Assembly: GCA_039819385.1 (NCBI GenBank)
Contig: JBCBSC010000012.1
Span: forward strand, 14,371 to 78,370
Length of the DNA stretch: 64,000 nucleotides
Reading direction: 5' to 3'
Source: Pseudomonadota bacterium
GTDB lineage: Bacteria > Pseudomonadota > Gammaproteobacteria > Steroidobacterales > Woeseiaceae
Position numbers and translations under genes: made by a program. How positions within the stretch are numbered: position 1 is the stretch's first letter; every line of letters begins with the position of its first letter. This document shows positions 19,508-29,437 of the stretch, piece by piece. The notes below the pieces were generated by a model. It worked only from the letters and a program-made list of their open reading frames with translations. It made no database searches and was not told the origin of the DNA.

Positions 19508-20338
19508 TTAGCTGAATTTGCCGCGGAGGTACTCTTTGGTCAGTGCCTCCCGCGGGTTTTCGAACAGCGCGGGCGTATCCGCGAACTCGACCAGGTAGCC
19601 CGTGCGCCGGCCGCCCTCTATATCCACGCCCATGAAAGCCGTGCGGTCGGCTACCCGCCGGGCCTGCTGCATATTGTGCGTCACGAGCGCAATCGTGTAG
19701 CGTTCTTTCAGCGTCAGCATCAACTCTTCTATATGCCGCGTGGCAATGGGATCGAGCGCGGAACAGGGTTCGTCCATCAACAGCACGGTCGGCGACGTCG
19801 CGATGGCGCGTGCAATACACAGGCGCTGCTGCTGGCCGCCGGATAGCGAGAGGCCGCTGCGTTTTTGTTTGTCCTTCACCTCGTCCCACAGCGCCGCCTG
19901 CCGCAAAGCCGTTTCGACGCGTTCGGCGAGGTTTCCCTTGTAGCCATTGATGCGCAGTCCAAAGGCGACGTTGTCGAAGATGCTCATGGCGAACGGATTG
20001 GGCTGCTGGAATACCATGCCGACGAACCGCCGCACTGCGACCGGATCGATATGCCGCGCATAGATATCCTCGCCGTCGAACAGCACTTCGCCTTCGAGGC
20101 GAAAATGGCTGATCAGGTCGTTGGTGCGGTTGAAGCAGCGCAATACCGAACTCTTGCCGCAGCCGGACGGCCCGATGAACCCGGTTATTTCGCCTTTCGC
20201 GACCGGGACGTGGCTGTCGCGAACGGCGAGAAAATCGCCGTAGTAGAGCCGGTCGAGCTTGCAGTCGATTACGACCGGCCGGGCTGTCGGCGCGGGTGTT
20301 GCGGCGTCCGCCGCCGTCTCGTTGTGCCCGGCGACCAT
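19508..20338 (-). CDS. pstB: Phosphate ABC transporter ATP-binding protein
   Basis: Walker [24 protein letters not shown] signature, Walker B LLMDEP, and the PstB-typical C-terminal part. Confidence 0.95.
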   Translation of the reverse strand: MVAGHNETAADAATPAPTARPVVIDCKLDRLYYGDFLAVRDSHVPVAKGEITGFIGPSGCGKSSVLRCFNRTNDLISHFRLEGEVLFDGEDIYARHIDPVAVRRFVGMVFQQPNPFAMSIFDNVAFGLRINGYKGNLAERVETALRQAALWDEVKDKQKRSGLSLSGGQQQRLCIARAIATSPTVLLMDEPCSALDPIATRHIEELMLTLKERYTIALVTHNMQQARRVADRTAFMGVDIEGGRRTGYLVEFADTPALFENPREALTKEYLRGKFS

Positions 20339-21217
20339 CTAGCGTTCTCCGCGATGCCGCGTGCCGATCAGCCTGCCCAGCGCGTTTGCGAGCATGACGA
20401 GTACGACCAGTACGAGCGACGCGGCCCAGGCCAGCTCGATCTGATTTTCGAACGGCATGCCCGAGTAGTTGTAGATCAGAACCGCGAGCGACGCAGTGGG
20501 CTCCATGAGTTCGACCTCGCCGAGTTGATTTATCCAGTAGTCGCTGAACAAGGCGGTAAACAGCAGCGGCGCGGTTTCGCCGGAAGCGCGTGCGACCGCC
20601 AGCATGATGCCGGTCATTGCGGCGGGCAATGCGGCGGGCAGTACGACCCGCAGCGTCGCCTGCGTCGGCGTGCTGCCCAGGCCGCAGGCCGCTTCCCGAA
20701 TGCTGTCGGGAACGGCGGCGAGCGCCTCTTCGGCGGTCAGGACCACGGTGGGCAGCATTAGCAGCGACAGCGCAACGCCACCCGCGGGTGCCGAATAGCC
20801 GCCGGTCATGAGCACGACTGCGGCGTAGGCAAACACGCCGGCAAGTATCGACGGCATGCCGGTCAGCGTCTTGATGCAGAATCTCGCGACGCCGGCAATC
20901 CGCGTTCCACGACCGAACTCGCGAAGGTACAGCGCGGTCAGGATGCCTGCCGGCACCGACAGAAGTGCCGCGATAGCCACCATGATGCCGGTGCCCACAA
21001 TCGCGTTGCCGAAGCCGCCGCCGGGTTCGAACGCCACCGGCGGCAGCTCGGTAAATACCGCGAGACTGAGCCGGGAGCCGCCCTTCACCAGGAGCATGTA
21101 GAGCACCGACAGCAGCGGGACGCAGGCGAGCAGTGCGATCAGCCAGGCGAAGCCCGTCCACAGGCCGCTCGCGAGCGTGTGCCGGCGGCGCCACGAGCGT
21201 TTCAGCCGATGTCCCAC
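20339..21217 (-). CDS. pstA: Phosphate ABC transporter permease PstA
   Basis: Six-TM permease with an EAA loop (REAACGLGSTPTQATLRVVLPAA). GTG start overlaps the pstC TAG (TAGTG). Confidence 0.9.
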   Translation of the reverse strand: MGHRLKRSWRRRHTLASGLWTGFAWLIALLACVPLLSVLYMLLVKGGSRLSLAVFTELPPVAFEPGGGFGNAIVGTGIMVAIAALLSVPAGILTALYLREFGRGTRIAGVARFCIKTLTGMPSILAGVFAYAAVVLMTGGYSAPAGGVALSLLMLPTVVLTAEEALAAVPDSIREAACGLGSTPTQATLRVVLPAALPAAMTGIMLAVARASGETAPLLFTALFSDYWINQLGEVELMEPTASLAVLIYNYSGMPFENQIELAWAASLVLVVLVMLANALGRLIGTRHRGER

Positions 21218-22191
21218 TAGGAGCGCTCCAGGCGTCGCGAGGCCCGGCCGATGAACCACGCGCCGAGCATGTTTACGGCGAGCGTAATACCGAGCAGGAT
21301 GAGCGCCGAATACATGAGGGCCCCGGTCTCGACCTTACCGGCTTCCGGGAAATTGAGCGCGAGCGAGGCGGCGAGCGTGTTGGCTGGCGAGAACAGCGAC
21401 AACGAGATCTGGTTCGAGTTGCCGACCAGCATGGCCAGCGCCATGGTCTCGCCCAAGGCGCGGCCGAGTCCCAGCACCAGAGCGCCGAAGATTCCGGACG
21501 AGGCAGCCGGCAGAATGACCTTCCAGATAGCCTGCCAGCGCGTGCTGCCGAGCCCGTACGCCGCCTCTTTCATCCGCCGCGGAACGGCGCGAATCGCGTC
21601 CTGCGAGATCGCGGCTACGGTAGGCAGCACCATAATCGCGAGCACGAGCGCCGCCGGAAAAAGTCCGGGTCCGCTCAAGGACGTCGCAAACAACGGCAGC
21701 CAGCCGAACTCTGCGTGCAGCCAGTCGGCGACCGGTCGCAGTAAGGGAATGACGACATGAATACCCCACAGCCCGTAGACGACGCTCGGCACGGCAGCCA
21801 GCAGCTCGACGATGTAGCGGAACAGCGATTCGACGGGTCGCGGCAGGAAACCCTCGGAGAGGAAGACGGCAATGATGATCCCGACCGAGCCCGCCATGAG
21901 CAGCGCCAGCATGGAGCTGTACACGGTTCCCCATATCTGGGGGAGCACACCGAACCGGCCCGTATTCGCGTCCCATTCGCGGCCGCTCAGAAAACCGGGC
22001 CCGAACTCCCGCACGGCGGGAAACGCGCTGGAGCCGAGTTGCCACACGATATAGGCGCATAGCAGCACCACGAGCCACGTCACTAGCCGTGTGCCGCCGC
22101 GAAAACACCGGTCCTGCCACCGCTGTCCCGTAGTGGGCAGACGGGCAACGTCGGCCCGTGCCTCGAGATGCCGGAGGGCCGGCTTCGGCAC
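21217..22191 (-). CDS. pstC: Phosphate ABC transporter permease PstC
   Basis: EAA loop KEAAYGLGSTRWQAIWKVILPAA. GTG start overlaps the pstS TAG (TAGTG). The long N-terminal extension in the ORF track lies inside pstS and is not credible. Confidence 0.9.
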   Translation of the reverse strand: MPKPALRHLEARADVARLPTTGQRWQDRCFRGGTRLVTWLVVLLCAYIVWQLGSSAFPAVREFGPGFLSGREWDANTGRFGVLPQIWGTVYSSMLALLMAGSVGIIIAVFLSEGFLPRPVESLFRYIVELLAAVPSVVYGLWGIHVVIPLLRPVADWLHAEFGWLPLFATSLSGPGLFPAALVLAIMVLPTVAAISQDAIRAVPRRMKEAAYGLGSTRWQAIWKVILPAASSGIFGALVLGLGRALGETMALAMLVGNSNQISLSLFSPANTLAASLALNFPEAGKVETGALMYSALILLGITLAVNMLGAWFIGRASRRLERS

Positions 22192-23222
22192 TAGCGCAGC
22201 TCGTCCAGCGCCGCCAGCGAACGTTCGGCAACGCTGTCCGGCAGCGTGAGGTAACCCAGCTCCGTCGCGAGCGCTTGTCCGTCCAGCAGACAAAAGCGGA
22301 CAAGCTCCCTGAGCGCCGCGGCGGTTCGTGCGCTGTCGTAGCGCCGGCGCAGCAGCAGCCAGGTATAGGTAACAATCGGATAAGCGCCGTCGCCCGCAGG
22401 ATCCGGTATCCAGATGCGCAGATCGGCCGGTAACTCGGCGCCGAGGAGCGCTGCACGGCCGCTTTGCGCGCCCGGGAGTACGTAGTTTCCTGCCTGGTTT
22501 TCGAGCATGGCCATGGGCACGTTGCCGAAGCGCGCGTAGCCGTACTCGATGTAGCCTACGGCCCCGGGCGTCTGCAGTATGGTTGCCGTTACCCCGTCGT
22601 TCTTCGGTGCCGCAATGAGCTTGTCGCTGTCGGGCCAGACCACGGTTTTGCCGGTGCCGGGTCCGGAGCGCCATTCCGCCGACGCCGCCGTTAAGTGGTT
22701 GGTAAACGCATAGGTTGTGCCGCTGCTGTCGGCGCGGCGCACGACCGTTATCGGCAGGTCGGGCAGGCGGATTCCAGGGTTACTGACCGCAATTGCCGGA
22801 TCGTTCCAGTGCGTGATGCGGCCGAGAAAAATCTGCGGATACGCGCGGCGCGACAGTTGCAGGGGCTGCTCGACACCCGGCAGGTTATAGGCGACGACAA
22901 TCTTGCCTGCGGTGATCGGGATCATGATGACGCCGCCGTCCACCTCCGCGATTTCGCTGTCGCTCATTGCGGCGTCGCTGCCGGCGAAATCGACGGTGCG
23001 ATGAATCAGATCGCGGATTCCCGCGCCGCTGCCTTTGGCCTGATAGTTGACCAGTACGTCGGGGTTCTCGCGGCCGTAGGTTTTGAACCAGGTTGCGTAG
23101 ACGGGGTAGGGGAAACTTGCGCCCGAGCCGGTAAGCCGAACTCTGTCCGTATCCTCGCCGCAGGACGCCAGCAGCAGGGCGGTCGAGGCGATGATGGCGA
23201 TGCCGATACGAAGCGGATACAT
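22191..23222 (-). CDS. pstS: Phosphate-binding protein PstS, predicted lipoprotein
   Basis: GSGASFPYPVY and KGSGAGI phosphate-binding motifs. N-terminal lipobox LLLASC. Confidence 0.92.
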   Translation of the reverse strand: MYPLRIGIAIIASTALLLASCGEDTDRVRLTGSGASFPYPVYATWFKTYGRENPDVLVNYQAKGSGAGIRDLIHRTVDFAGSDAAMSDSEIAEVDGGVIMIPITAGKIVVAYNLPGVEQPLQLSRRAYPQIFLGRITHWNDPAIAVSNPGIRLPDLPITVVRRADSSGTTYAFTNHLTAASAEWRSGPGTGKTVVWPDSDKLIAAPKNDGVTATILQTPGAVGYIEYGYARFGNVPMAMLENQAGNYVLPGAQSGRAALLGAELPADLRIWIPDPAGDGAYPIVTYTWLLLRRRYDSARTAAALRELVRFCLLDGQALATELGYLTLPDSVAERSLAALDELR

Positions 23223-23223
23223 T

Positions 23224-23844
23224 TCAGGCGTCGTCTCTCTCTGGCAAATCGAGCTTGAATACGAGCCGGGTCATCGTCACGACTCGCGCGGGCCTGCCGT
23301 CGCGTATTTGCGGCTGATACTTCCAGCGCAGAACGGCCCGCCGCGCCGCGTGCTCGAACAGCCCCTCCGGTTCCGCGCGCAATATCTCCGGGTCCTCGAC
23401 GGAGCCCGTCTCGCTGACTACAAAACGCAGCAGCACGAAGCCTTCGACACGCTTCGAAAGCGCGCCGGGCGGGTAGTCGGGGGGCACGCGGACCAGCGGG
23501 GTCAGTTCGCGTGCGATCTGTATATTGCCCGCGACAGTCGGGCCCAGCTCGATATCCAGGGCAGGCGCATTGAGCGCCAGAGCGCCAAAGTCCGATGCGC
23601 CGGCGGCGCTCTCGAGGCGCTGCAGGTCTTTTCGCACGTCGGCTGCGGGTTTTTGCGGCGCTGTCGGATCTCTGCGCGAACGGACCGCGCGGGAAGTTTC
23701 GTTCAGGCGGACGAAATTCGCGATCTCGACGCTGTCGGCCTCGGTAAGGCGAACCCGTTTGCCGCCAACCATGATCTCGATTACCGAGAATATGAGCAGA
23801 TTGATCAATACGGCGAAGCCCACGATCGCGAACAAGCGCGTCAT
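23224..23844 (-). CDS. TonB-family energy transducer, co-oriented 1 nt upstream of pstS
   Basis: N-terminal TM helix, linker, then a C-terminal TonB_C domain (VRVPPDYPPGALSKRVEGFVLLRFVVSETGSVEDPEILRAEPEGLFEHAARRAVLRWKYQP). ATG 23844 is preceded by AGGGAG. Confidence 0.8.
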   Translation of the reverse strand: MTRLFAIVGFAVLINLLIFSVIEIMVGGKRVRLTEADSVEIANFVRLNETSRAVRSRRDPTAPQKPAADVRKDLQRLESAAGASDFGALALNAPALDIELGPTVAGNIQIARELTPLVRVPPDYPPGALSKRVEGFVLLRFVVSETGSVEDPEILRAEPEGLFEHAARRAVLRWKYQPQIRDGRPARVVTMTRLVFKLDLPERDDA

Positions 23845-24235
23845 TTCCACTCCCTTTTGCCAGACTGTCCCGGCAGGATTGCCGGTTTCGAGCGCAGTCT
23901 AGAGGAACGACTTCGGGCGGACTTCGTGGAAACTATCTACGCAACAAAAACTTCAAGAGACCGAAACACTGTCGATACATGGCGTTCAGAGCGGCCGGCC
24001 GAAAGCACCTCGACCGGCCCTCCGGCCAGGGTGTCCGGATCGGCAAGGCGGCTCTGCCGGACGGCCGTCCCGGCCAATCGGCGGATTGCCGTTTCGATGT
24101 GCCGCGGGCGCAGGTCTACTCGTGCCGGCAAGCCTCCCGTTTCGGTAAAACGGCAGCCTTTGCCACGGGATTCACGTCTTGAAACGCATAAGGGTTTCGC
24201 ATAGCGTAGACACGTTCCAAGCCAAAGGTCGTGCC

Positions 24236-24559
24236 ATGACGTTCGTTGTTACCGAAGCCTGCATCAAATGCAAACTCACGGATTGTGTCGAAGTTTGTCC
24301 CGTCGATTGTTTTCACGAGGGCCCGAACTTCCTTGTCATCGATCCGGACGAGTGTATTGACTGCACGCTGTGCGAGCCCGAGTGTCCGGTTGAGGCGATT
24401 TACTCGGAAGACGAACTGCCCGCCGGCCAGGAGCAGTTCCTGGCGATCAACGCCGAGCTCTCTCCCAAATGGCCCGTGATCACCGAAATGAAAGACCCGC
24501 CGGCCGACGCCGACGACTGGCGCGAAGTAAAGGACAAGCTCGAATACCTGGAGCGCTAG
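24236..24559 (+). CDS. fdxA: 7Fe ferredoxin (Azotobacter type)
   Basis: [26 protein letters not shown]...[12 protein letters not shown] cysteine pattern. Confidence 0.92.
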   Translation: MTFVVTEACIKCKLTDCVEVCPVDCFHEGPNFLVIDPDECIDCTLCEPECPVEAIYSEDELPAGQEQFLAINAELSPKWPVITEMKDPPADADDWREVKDKLEYLER

Positions 24560-24609
24560 GTTTCTGAAGCGCCGGCGCGCCGCGGGTCGACGGGCCCGGA
24601 AACACGCGC

Positions 24610-25524
24610 TCAGGCGTCGCCGTCCGCCGCGTCTCGGGCGTTACCGATAAAGCGAATCAGCAGCTCCGCGAGCTCCGGCCCCTTTTCCTCCTGCAGGAAG
24701 TGACCGGCGTTGCGAATCTTCGCGTGCGGCTGCCCGGCCGCGCCGGGTACTTTGTCCTGCCATCGCCGTTCACCGCCGCGGGTGATCGGATCTCGATTGC
24801 TGAAACAGGTCAGGAAAGGTTTGTCCCACGCGCCGAATACCTCCCAGGCGGCCCGGTTCGCCGCGCTGGCCGGATTGTCCGGCTCGGCCGGCACCAGCTT
24901 GGGAAAAGCGCGCGCTCCGGCTTTGTAACGCGCAGACGGAAACGGCGCGTCGTAGGCCGCGATCACCGCAGGACTCAAATCCTTCACGGTCCCCTTGTCG
25001 ATAATGCGGCCGATCGGAAACCACGGGCTGAAGCGCGCGAAGCTCCGCCACAGCAGGAACGCTCTGGGCATGGGCTCGTCCCCGGTCGGCAGACCGCCGT
25101 TGCCGAGCGCGATGCGCTCGAAGCGCTGCGGGTTTTCCGCGGCGACCCTTAGGCCGATAAGCGAGCCCCAGTCCTGGCAGAACAGGGTGATGCGGGTTAG
25201 CTCGAGCGACTCGACAAACGCGCGCATCCAGTCCACGTGCCGGCCGTAGCTGTAGTCGTTCACCCGCCGAGGCTTGTCCGACTTGCCGAAGCCGATGAGA
25301 TCGGGTGCAATCACCCGCATTCCGGCAGCGGCGAGCGGCGGGAGCATATGCCGATAGAGATACGACCAGCTCGGCTCGCCGTGCAGCAGCAGTACGAGCG
25401 GCCCGTCCGCGGGTCCTTCGCACAGGTAATGCATGCGCAGGCCGTCGATCTCTGCGTAATGCGGTTCGAAGGGGTAGTCGGGCAGATCGTTGAAACGTGA
25501 ATCCGGGGTACGCAGTGCGGTCAT
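24610..25524 (-). CDS. Haloalkane dehalogenase-like alpha/beta hydrolase
   Basis: [30 protein letters not shown] and the nucleophile elbow CQDWGS. Confidence 0.85.
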   Translation of the reverse strand: MTALRTPDSRFNDLPDYPFEPHYAEIDGLRMHYLCEGPADGPLVLLLHGEPSWSYLYRHMLPPLAAAGMRVIAPDLIGFGKSDKPRRVNDYSYGRHVDWMRAFVESLELTRITLFCQDWGSLIGLRVAAENPQRFERIALGNGGLPTGDEPMPRAFLLWRSFARFSPWFPIGRIIDKGTVKDLSPAVIAAYDAPFPSARYKAGARAFPKLVPAEPDNPASAANRAAWEVFGAWDKPFLTCFSNRDPITRGGERRWQDKVPGAAGQPHAKIRNAGHFLQEEKGPELAELLIRFIGNARDAADGDA

Positions 25525-25568
25525 GATGCAGGTATCGTGTGCCAGCCTTAAGCCTGCATCATACGCCT

Positions 25569-26507
25569 ATGAACACCCCAGCCGACACAGCAACGCCGAG
25601 CTTTCGGGCACGGCTGATTCGCGCCATCACGTCGAAGTACTTCGAGCATCTGGTCAGCCCGGAAGGGGCCGATGTCGGCAGGATGCGCGCCCGCCTCGAT
25701 CGTTTTGCGAGGCTGGTCCCGGTTGCCGGCGGGGTTGACGTCGAGCGCGTGCGGTTCGCGGATCTTGCCGCCGAGTGGCTGCGGCCCGAGCGGCCGCTGG
25801 CCGGGCGGGTGCTGCTGTATCTGCACGGCGGCGCCTACGTCCTGGGGAGCTCTGACTCCCATCGGCACCTGGTGAGCCACATCGCGAGAGCAGCCGGTCT
25901 CAGCGCGCTGCTGCCGGAGTACCGCCTTGCGCCGGAGCATCCTTATCCCGCGGCCGTAGAGGACGCCGTGCGCGTCTACGCGAGCCTGCTGGACGAAGGT
26001 TTCCGCCCGGCGGACATCGTCATCGCGGGCGATTCCGCCGGCGGCGGCCTGACCATGGCGACGCTCCTGTCGCTCAGAGAGCAGGGTCTGCCGCAGCCGG
26101 CGCTCGGCTGCCTGCTGTCGCCGTGGCTCGATCTCGCGGCCGAAGGCGAGACCATGCGTTCCAGGAAAGACGAGGATCCCTGGTTCAGTCCGGAAGACTT
26201 TCCTCACGTCACCCGCTACTACTGCGACGACGCGGACCGAAAGCTGCCGCTCGTTTCGCCGGTCTACGCCGACCCGGCGGGACTCTGTCCCGTGTACATA
26301 CAGGTTGGGGACCACGAGATCCTGCTGAGCGACTCCGAGCGCCTGGCGGAAAATATCAGGTCGAGCGGCGGCTCGGCGGAGCTCGAAGTGTGGCCGGATA
26401 TGTGGCACGTGTTTCAGGCGTTCGTGCTGGTCATGCCGGAGAGCAGGGCGGCGGTCGAGCAGCTGGCGTCACGCATGCGCGCGGCCTTCGAAGCGCGAGT
26501 GGATTGA
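25569..26507 (+). CDS. Alpha/beta hydrolase, HSL-type esterase/lipase
   Basis: HGGAY oxyanion motif and GDSAGG nucleophile motif. GTG 25539 is an alternative start. Confidence 0.85.
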   Translation: MNTPADTATPSFRARLIRAITSKYFEHLVSPEGADVGRMRARLDRFARLVPVAGGVDVERVRFADLAAEWLRPERPLAGRVLLYLHGGAYVLGSSDSHRHLVSHIARAAGLSALLPEYRLAPEHPYPAAVEDAVRVYASLLDEGFRPADIVIAGDSAGGGLTMATLLSLREQGLPQPALGCLLSPWLDLAAEGETMRSRKDEDPWFSPEDFPHVTRYYCDDADRKLPLVSPVYADPAGLCPVYIQVGDHEILLSDSERLAENIRSSGGSAELEVWPDMWHVFQAFVLVMPESRAAVEQLASRMRAAFEARVD

Positions 26508-26527
26508 GCGCCGGGCGTCAGGAGCCC

Positions 26528-27898
26528 CTAATAATTAGACTGCTGATTGGCGTCGTCGAACATCCTGGTAAGAAAAGCGCGGATCGCGGGTACCGCCTCC
26601 GCTTTGGGCATCAGCTGCTGTTTCTCGAGCACTTTGGCCATGTCGTCGATCGAGCGTTTGCCGTCGATGAGCGACATGATGAACGAATAGATCTGCGTGG
26701 TCATGGCCTGCGTGCGGAAGTTCTGCAACAGCGGCACCGCTTCCTTGCCGGTTACGAGCCAGTCCGGCAGCGCTTTGTGGCGGGCCGGCGTCTTGACCTC
26801 GCGTTCCTTGTACGCGCAGAACGAGAACACCCGCTCCTGGCGGGCGTGACGACTGGCGGGCGACGACATGTAAGGTATCGTCGCCTCGGCAACATACGGG
26901 TCCGAGAAGCCGCATTCCGCTACGATCGCCTTGGTTTCATCGGCGCTGTATTGCAGCGCCCGCCTGGTGTGATGGAAGGCCAGCGAGCCGAAGTTGAGCC
27001 AGCGGCCTTCCGGCTTCAGCAGGCGGTTGAGGCGCGCCGCGAACACTCCGAGTTCCTCGGTCACGATATCGATGAGCCACGGCGTCACGATCGTGTCGAA
27101 GGAAGCGGCGGCAAACGGCAGCCGCAGGGCGTCGCCCAAAACCAGCTCGAAACCGTCCCGAACGGGTTCGGGTGCTTCGAGCTGTCGCAGCACGGCATCG
27201 TCGTCCAGCGACCGCGGTGCGATCGGGAACTCGTACATGGGCAGGTTCTGACCGCCGGTAACGGCCTTTGCCACCAGCATTAGCATGGGGTTGAAGTCGA
27301 TGGCGACGGTGCGCCGGCAGTCGAGCTGCATGTGGATGTCGTAGGCGAGCCGGCCCGCGCCCGCGCCGACGACCAGTACGTCGCCCAGCTCGGCGTTGTC
27401 GTGCAGCACGTTCCGGAGCTGTTTGAGCGATGCGGCGTTTTCCTCGTCGCCCCAGGCCCAGTCGCGATGAATGTTCGGATAATAAGTGTTCAGCCCCTGA
27501 TCGCTCGGCAGGCGCGTCCTGAGCGCGAGATAACTCTCGTAGCTGGCCGCCTGCGCATCGATATCGAGCGGCTGCAATAGCTTTGCGAGCTTTCGTCGAT
27601 GCGCGTCCAGCGATTTTCGATAGCGCTCCAGCCGGCGTTTGGTCAGCGGGCGCAGCGCCTTGTCTTTCTCCTCGACTTCGAGCCGGGCGCTTTCATGCGC
27701 CATCTTCCGGGCGGCAAAATTCAGCCGGTTGCGCCATTCGCCCAAGGTTGCGTCGGGCTCGGCGAACAGGAAGGGGATGCCGTCGAGCGCCGGGAAGTCG
27801 AGCTTGCAGGCGTCGCAGCGCCAGCGTGACGCGTCGGTGGACAAGGGCGTCTTGTCGCAGCGAGGGCAGGCCAGCAGGTCGGCCAGTGATTCGGACAT
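26528..27898 (-). CDS. Fusion protein: Trm112-like zinc ribbon, N2227-like class I SAM methyltransferase, and a PqqD-like C-terminal domain
   Basis: CPRCDK...CDAC ribbon. VLVVGAGAGRLAYD SAM motif. TPWLIDIV...LKPEGRWLNFGSL resembles the N2227/carnosine-N-methyltransferase arrangement. The C-terminal IYSFIMSLIDGKRSIDDMAKVL... resembles PqqD/RRE. Confidence 0.78.
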   Translation of the reverse strand: MSESLADLLACPRCDKTPLSTDASRWRCDACKLDFPALDGIPFLFAEPDATLGEWRNRLNFAARKMAHESARLEVEEKDKALRPLTKRRLERYRKSLDAHRRKLAKLLQPLDIDAQAASYESYLALRTRLPSDQGLNTYYPNIHRDWAWGDEENAASLKQLRNVLHDNAELGDVLVVGAGAGRLAYDIHMQLDCRRTVAIDFNPMLMLVAKAVTGGQNLPMYEFPIAPRSLDDDAVLRQLEAPEPVRDGFELVLGDALRLPFAAASFDTIVTPWLIDIVTEELGVFAARLNRLLKPEGRWLNFGSLAFHHTRRALQYSADETKAIVAECGFSDPYVAEATIPYMSSPASRHARQERVFSFCAYKEREVKTPARHKALPDWLVTGKEAVPLLQNFRTQAMTTQIYSFIMSLIDGKRSIDDMAKVLEKQQLMPKAEAVPAIRAFLTRMFDDANQQSNY

Positions 27899-27977
27899 TC
27901 GGGTTCCAGCAGATCCAGTCGTACGTATTATGTCGCCGCGCTCACATCATATCCGGTAGTGTTTCACAGGGCTGATC

Positions 27978-28889
27978 TTAGCGTTCTATTTCGGGAAACA
28001 GGTCAGTGCGCGCCGTTTCCGTAATGCTGACTACGGATTCGTTGCGCAGGCGCCGCTCCGGCGATATCGCGTAATAGGTCTCGGTGATATCCAGCGTATG
28101 GCCGATCACGGAGACGCGATACATTCTGCAAATCTCGGTCTCTATGGCCGTAGGACCCGCGAACACGCCGGCGCCGGCTTCGCCGAACGCTTTAAGCAGG
28201 GCGCTGTCGTCAAACTCGCCGGCGATCTGCGGCGCCAGTCCCTTGCGTTCGAACCACTCGTCGAGCTGCCTGCGCAGCGCCGAGTTTTTGGTCGGCAGCA
28301 ACATCGGCGCTTCGTTGAGAGAATCCGGGAAGCGGTTGCGCCAGCGGCGGGCACGGCCTTTCGGGGCAAAAAAGGACAGCCCGCTCTCACCCAGCTTGTG
28401 ATCGTAGGCCTTGAGGTTGAGCCCTCGCGGCACCGGCTGATCGGACAGCACCAGGTCCAGCTTGTGCACGGCAAGGTCCGCCAGAAGCTGATTGAGCGTC
28501 GCTTCGTGGCAGCGGACCCGCACGGGCGGATCGCCCAGCATCGCGGGCGCAACGATGCGTTCCGCGATCAGCTTCGGCATCGAACTCACGGCGCCGATGG
28601 CAAGCGTAGCCGAGGCGTTCGGCAGATTGCTGCGCACCGTGCTGGCCAGCTCCGCGCCGATTGCAAAAATTTCATCCGCGTAGCCGTACACGACACGCCC
28701 GGTTTCCGTCATCGTGAGCCGGCGGCCGATCCGCTCGAACAGCGGCTGGCCGACCGACTGCTCCAACACCTTGATTTGCCCGCTAATAGTTTGCGGCGTC
28801 AGGTGAAGTATGTCCGCCGCCTTCGCCACGCTGCCTTCCCGGGCGACGGTCCAGAAGTACTGTAAATGGTTGTAGTTCAGGTGCCTCAC
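27978..28889 (-). CDS. LysR-family transcriptional regulator, NhaR-like
   Basis: The N-terminus MRHLNYNHLQYFWTVAREGSVAKAADILHLTPQTISGQIKVLE closely matches the NhaR HTH as I remember it. Confidence 0.88.
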   Translation of the reverse strand: MRHLNYNHLQYFWTVAREGSVAKAADILHLTPQTISGQIKVLEQSVGQPLFERIGRRLTMTETGRVVYGYADEIFAIGAELASTVRSNLPNASATLAIGAVSSMPKLIAERIVAPAMLGDPPVRVRCHEATLNQLLADLAVHKLDLVLSDQPVPRGLNLKAYDHKLGESGLSFFAPKGRARRWRNRFPDSLNEAPMLLPTKNSALRRQLDEWFERKGLAPQIAGEFDDSALLKAFGEAGAGVFAGPTAIETEICRMYRVSVIGHTLDITETYYAISPERRLRNESVVSITETARTDLFPEIER

Positions 28890-28942
28890 GGACGCCCTCC
28901 AGCACGGTAAAACTTCGAAAAAAGTAGCACAAAATCAAGATA

Positions 28943-28961
28943 AGTTCGATTGTAACGAACT
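28943..28961. promoter_or_regulatory. Candidate LysR operator: perfect inverted repeat AGTTCG-N7-CGAACT
   Basis: Read directly in the divergent intergenic region between the LysR gene and the HPF-like/SbtA-like operon. Contains a T-N11-A arrangement. Confidence 0.5.
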
Positions 28962-29003
28962 ATTGTCAGGGCTAGTATGAGGTCTCAATCAGAGGGTTCA
29001 AGT

Positions 29004-29357
29004 ATGCAGATGACGATTCACACGCAGGGTTTTCCCATGTCTTCGGCAGTGTACAGGCGTGCCCGGGAGCAGTTCGGGCGGGCGCTAAACTCGTTTCGGG
29101 ACTCCATCGTCGACGTCGATGTCTTTCTGAAAGACGTCAACGGCCCGAAAGGCGGCGACGATAAGGCGGTGCTCGTGCGCGTTAACCTTACGACGCAGAA
29201 GAGCGTGGCGATCGAAACCGTCAACAGCAATCTGCACGCGGCGCTTATCCTGTCGGCGCGGCGCGCAAAACGGGCCGTCAAGCGCGGCATCGCAAAACAT
29301 CGGCGCGTGGAGCGCCAGGAAGTGCGCGACTGGCGGCAGGCGGGAGCCAACGCCTGA
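29004..29357 (+). CDS. HPF/RaiA-family (ribosome-associated inhibitor-like) small protein
   Basis: MQMTIHTQGFPMSSAVYRRAREQF...VNLT...AIETVNSNLHAALILSARRAKRAV matches the short-HPF pattern. ATG 29004 is preceded by AGAGGG. Confidence 0.65.
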   Translation: MQMTIHTQGFPMSSAVYRRAREQFGRALNSFRDSIVDVDVFLKDVNGPKGGDDKAVLVRVNLTTQKSVAIETVNSNLHAALILSARRAKRAVKRGIAKHRRVERQEVRDWRQAGANA

Positions 29358-29437
29358 GCGACCGGCGCTCGCCCGACTGTTCCTGGTGCGGCCAAACACG
29401 GTAAGCTTGCCGCCGTCGTAACGTCGTGTAGGTTGGA

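Noticed and set aside
19230-21194. 654-aa minus-strand ORF across pstB/pstA
   Set aside because: It is an alternative frame of the pstB/pstA genes, which carry Walker, signature and EAA motifs. The product is Arg/Gly/Pro-rich nonsense.
21335-22674. 373-aa ORF and the 160-aa N-terminal extension of the pstC ORF
   Set aside because: Both overlap pstS/pstC in other frames or extend upstream into pstS. The TAGTG-coupled GTG start at 22191 gives a normal-length PstC.
23851-24100. Search for a Pho box upstream of the tonB-like/pstS operon
   Set aside because: Only isolated CTGTC-like pentamers occur (for example ACTGTCC and CTGTCGATACAT). There is no tandem 7-nt repeat with 4-nt spacing, so I cannot support a Pho box call.
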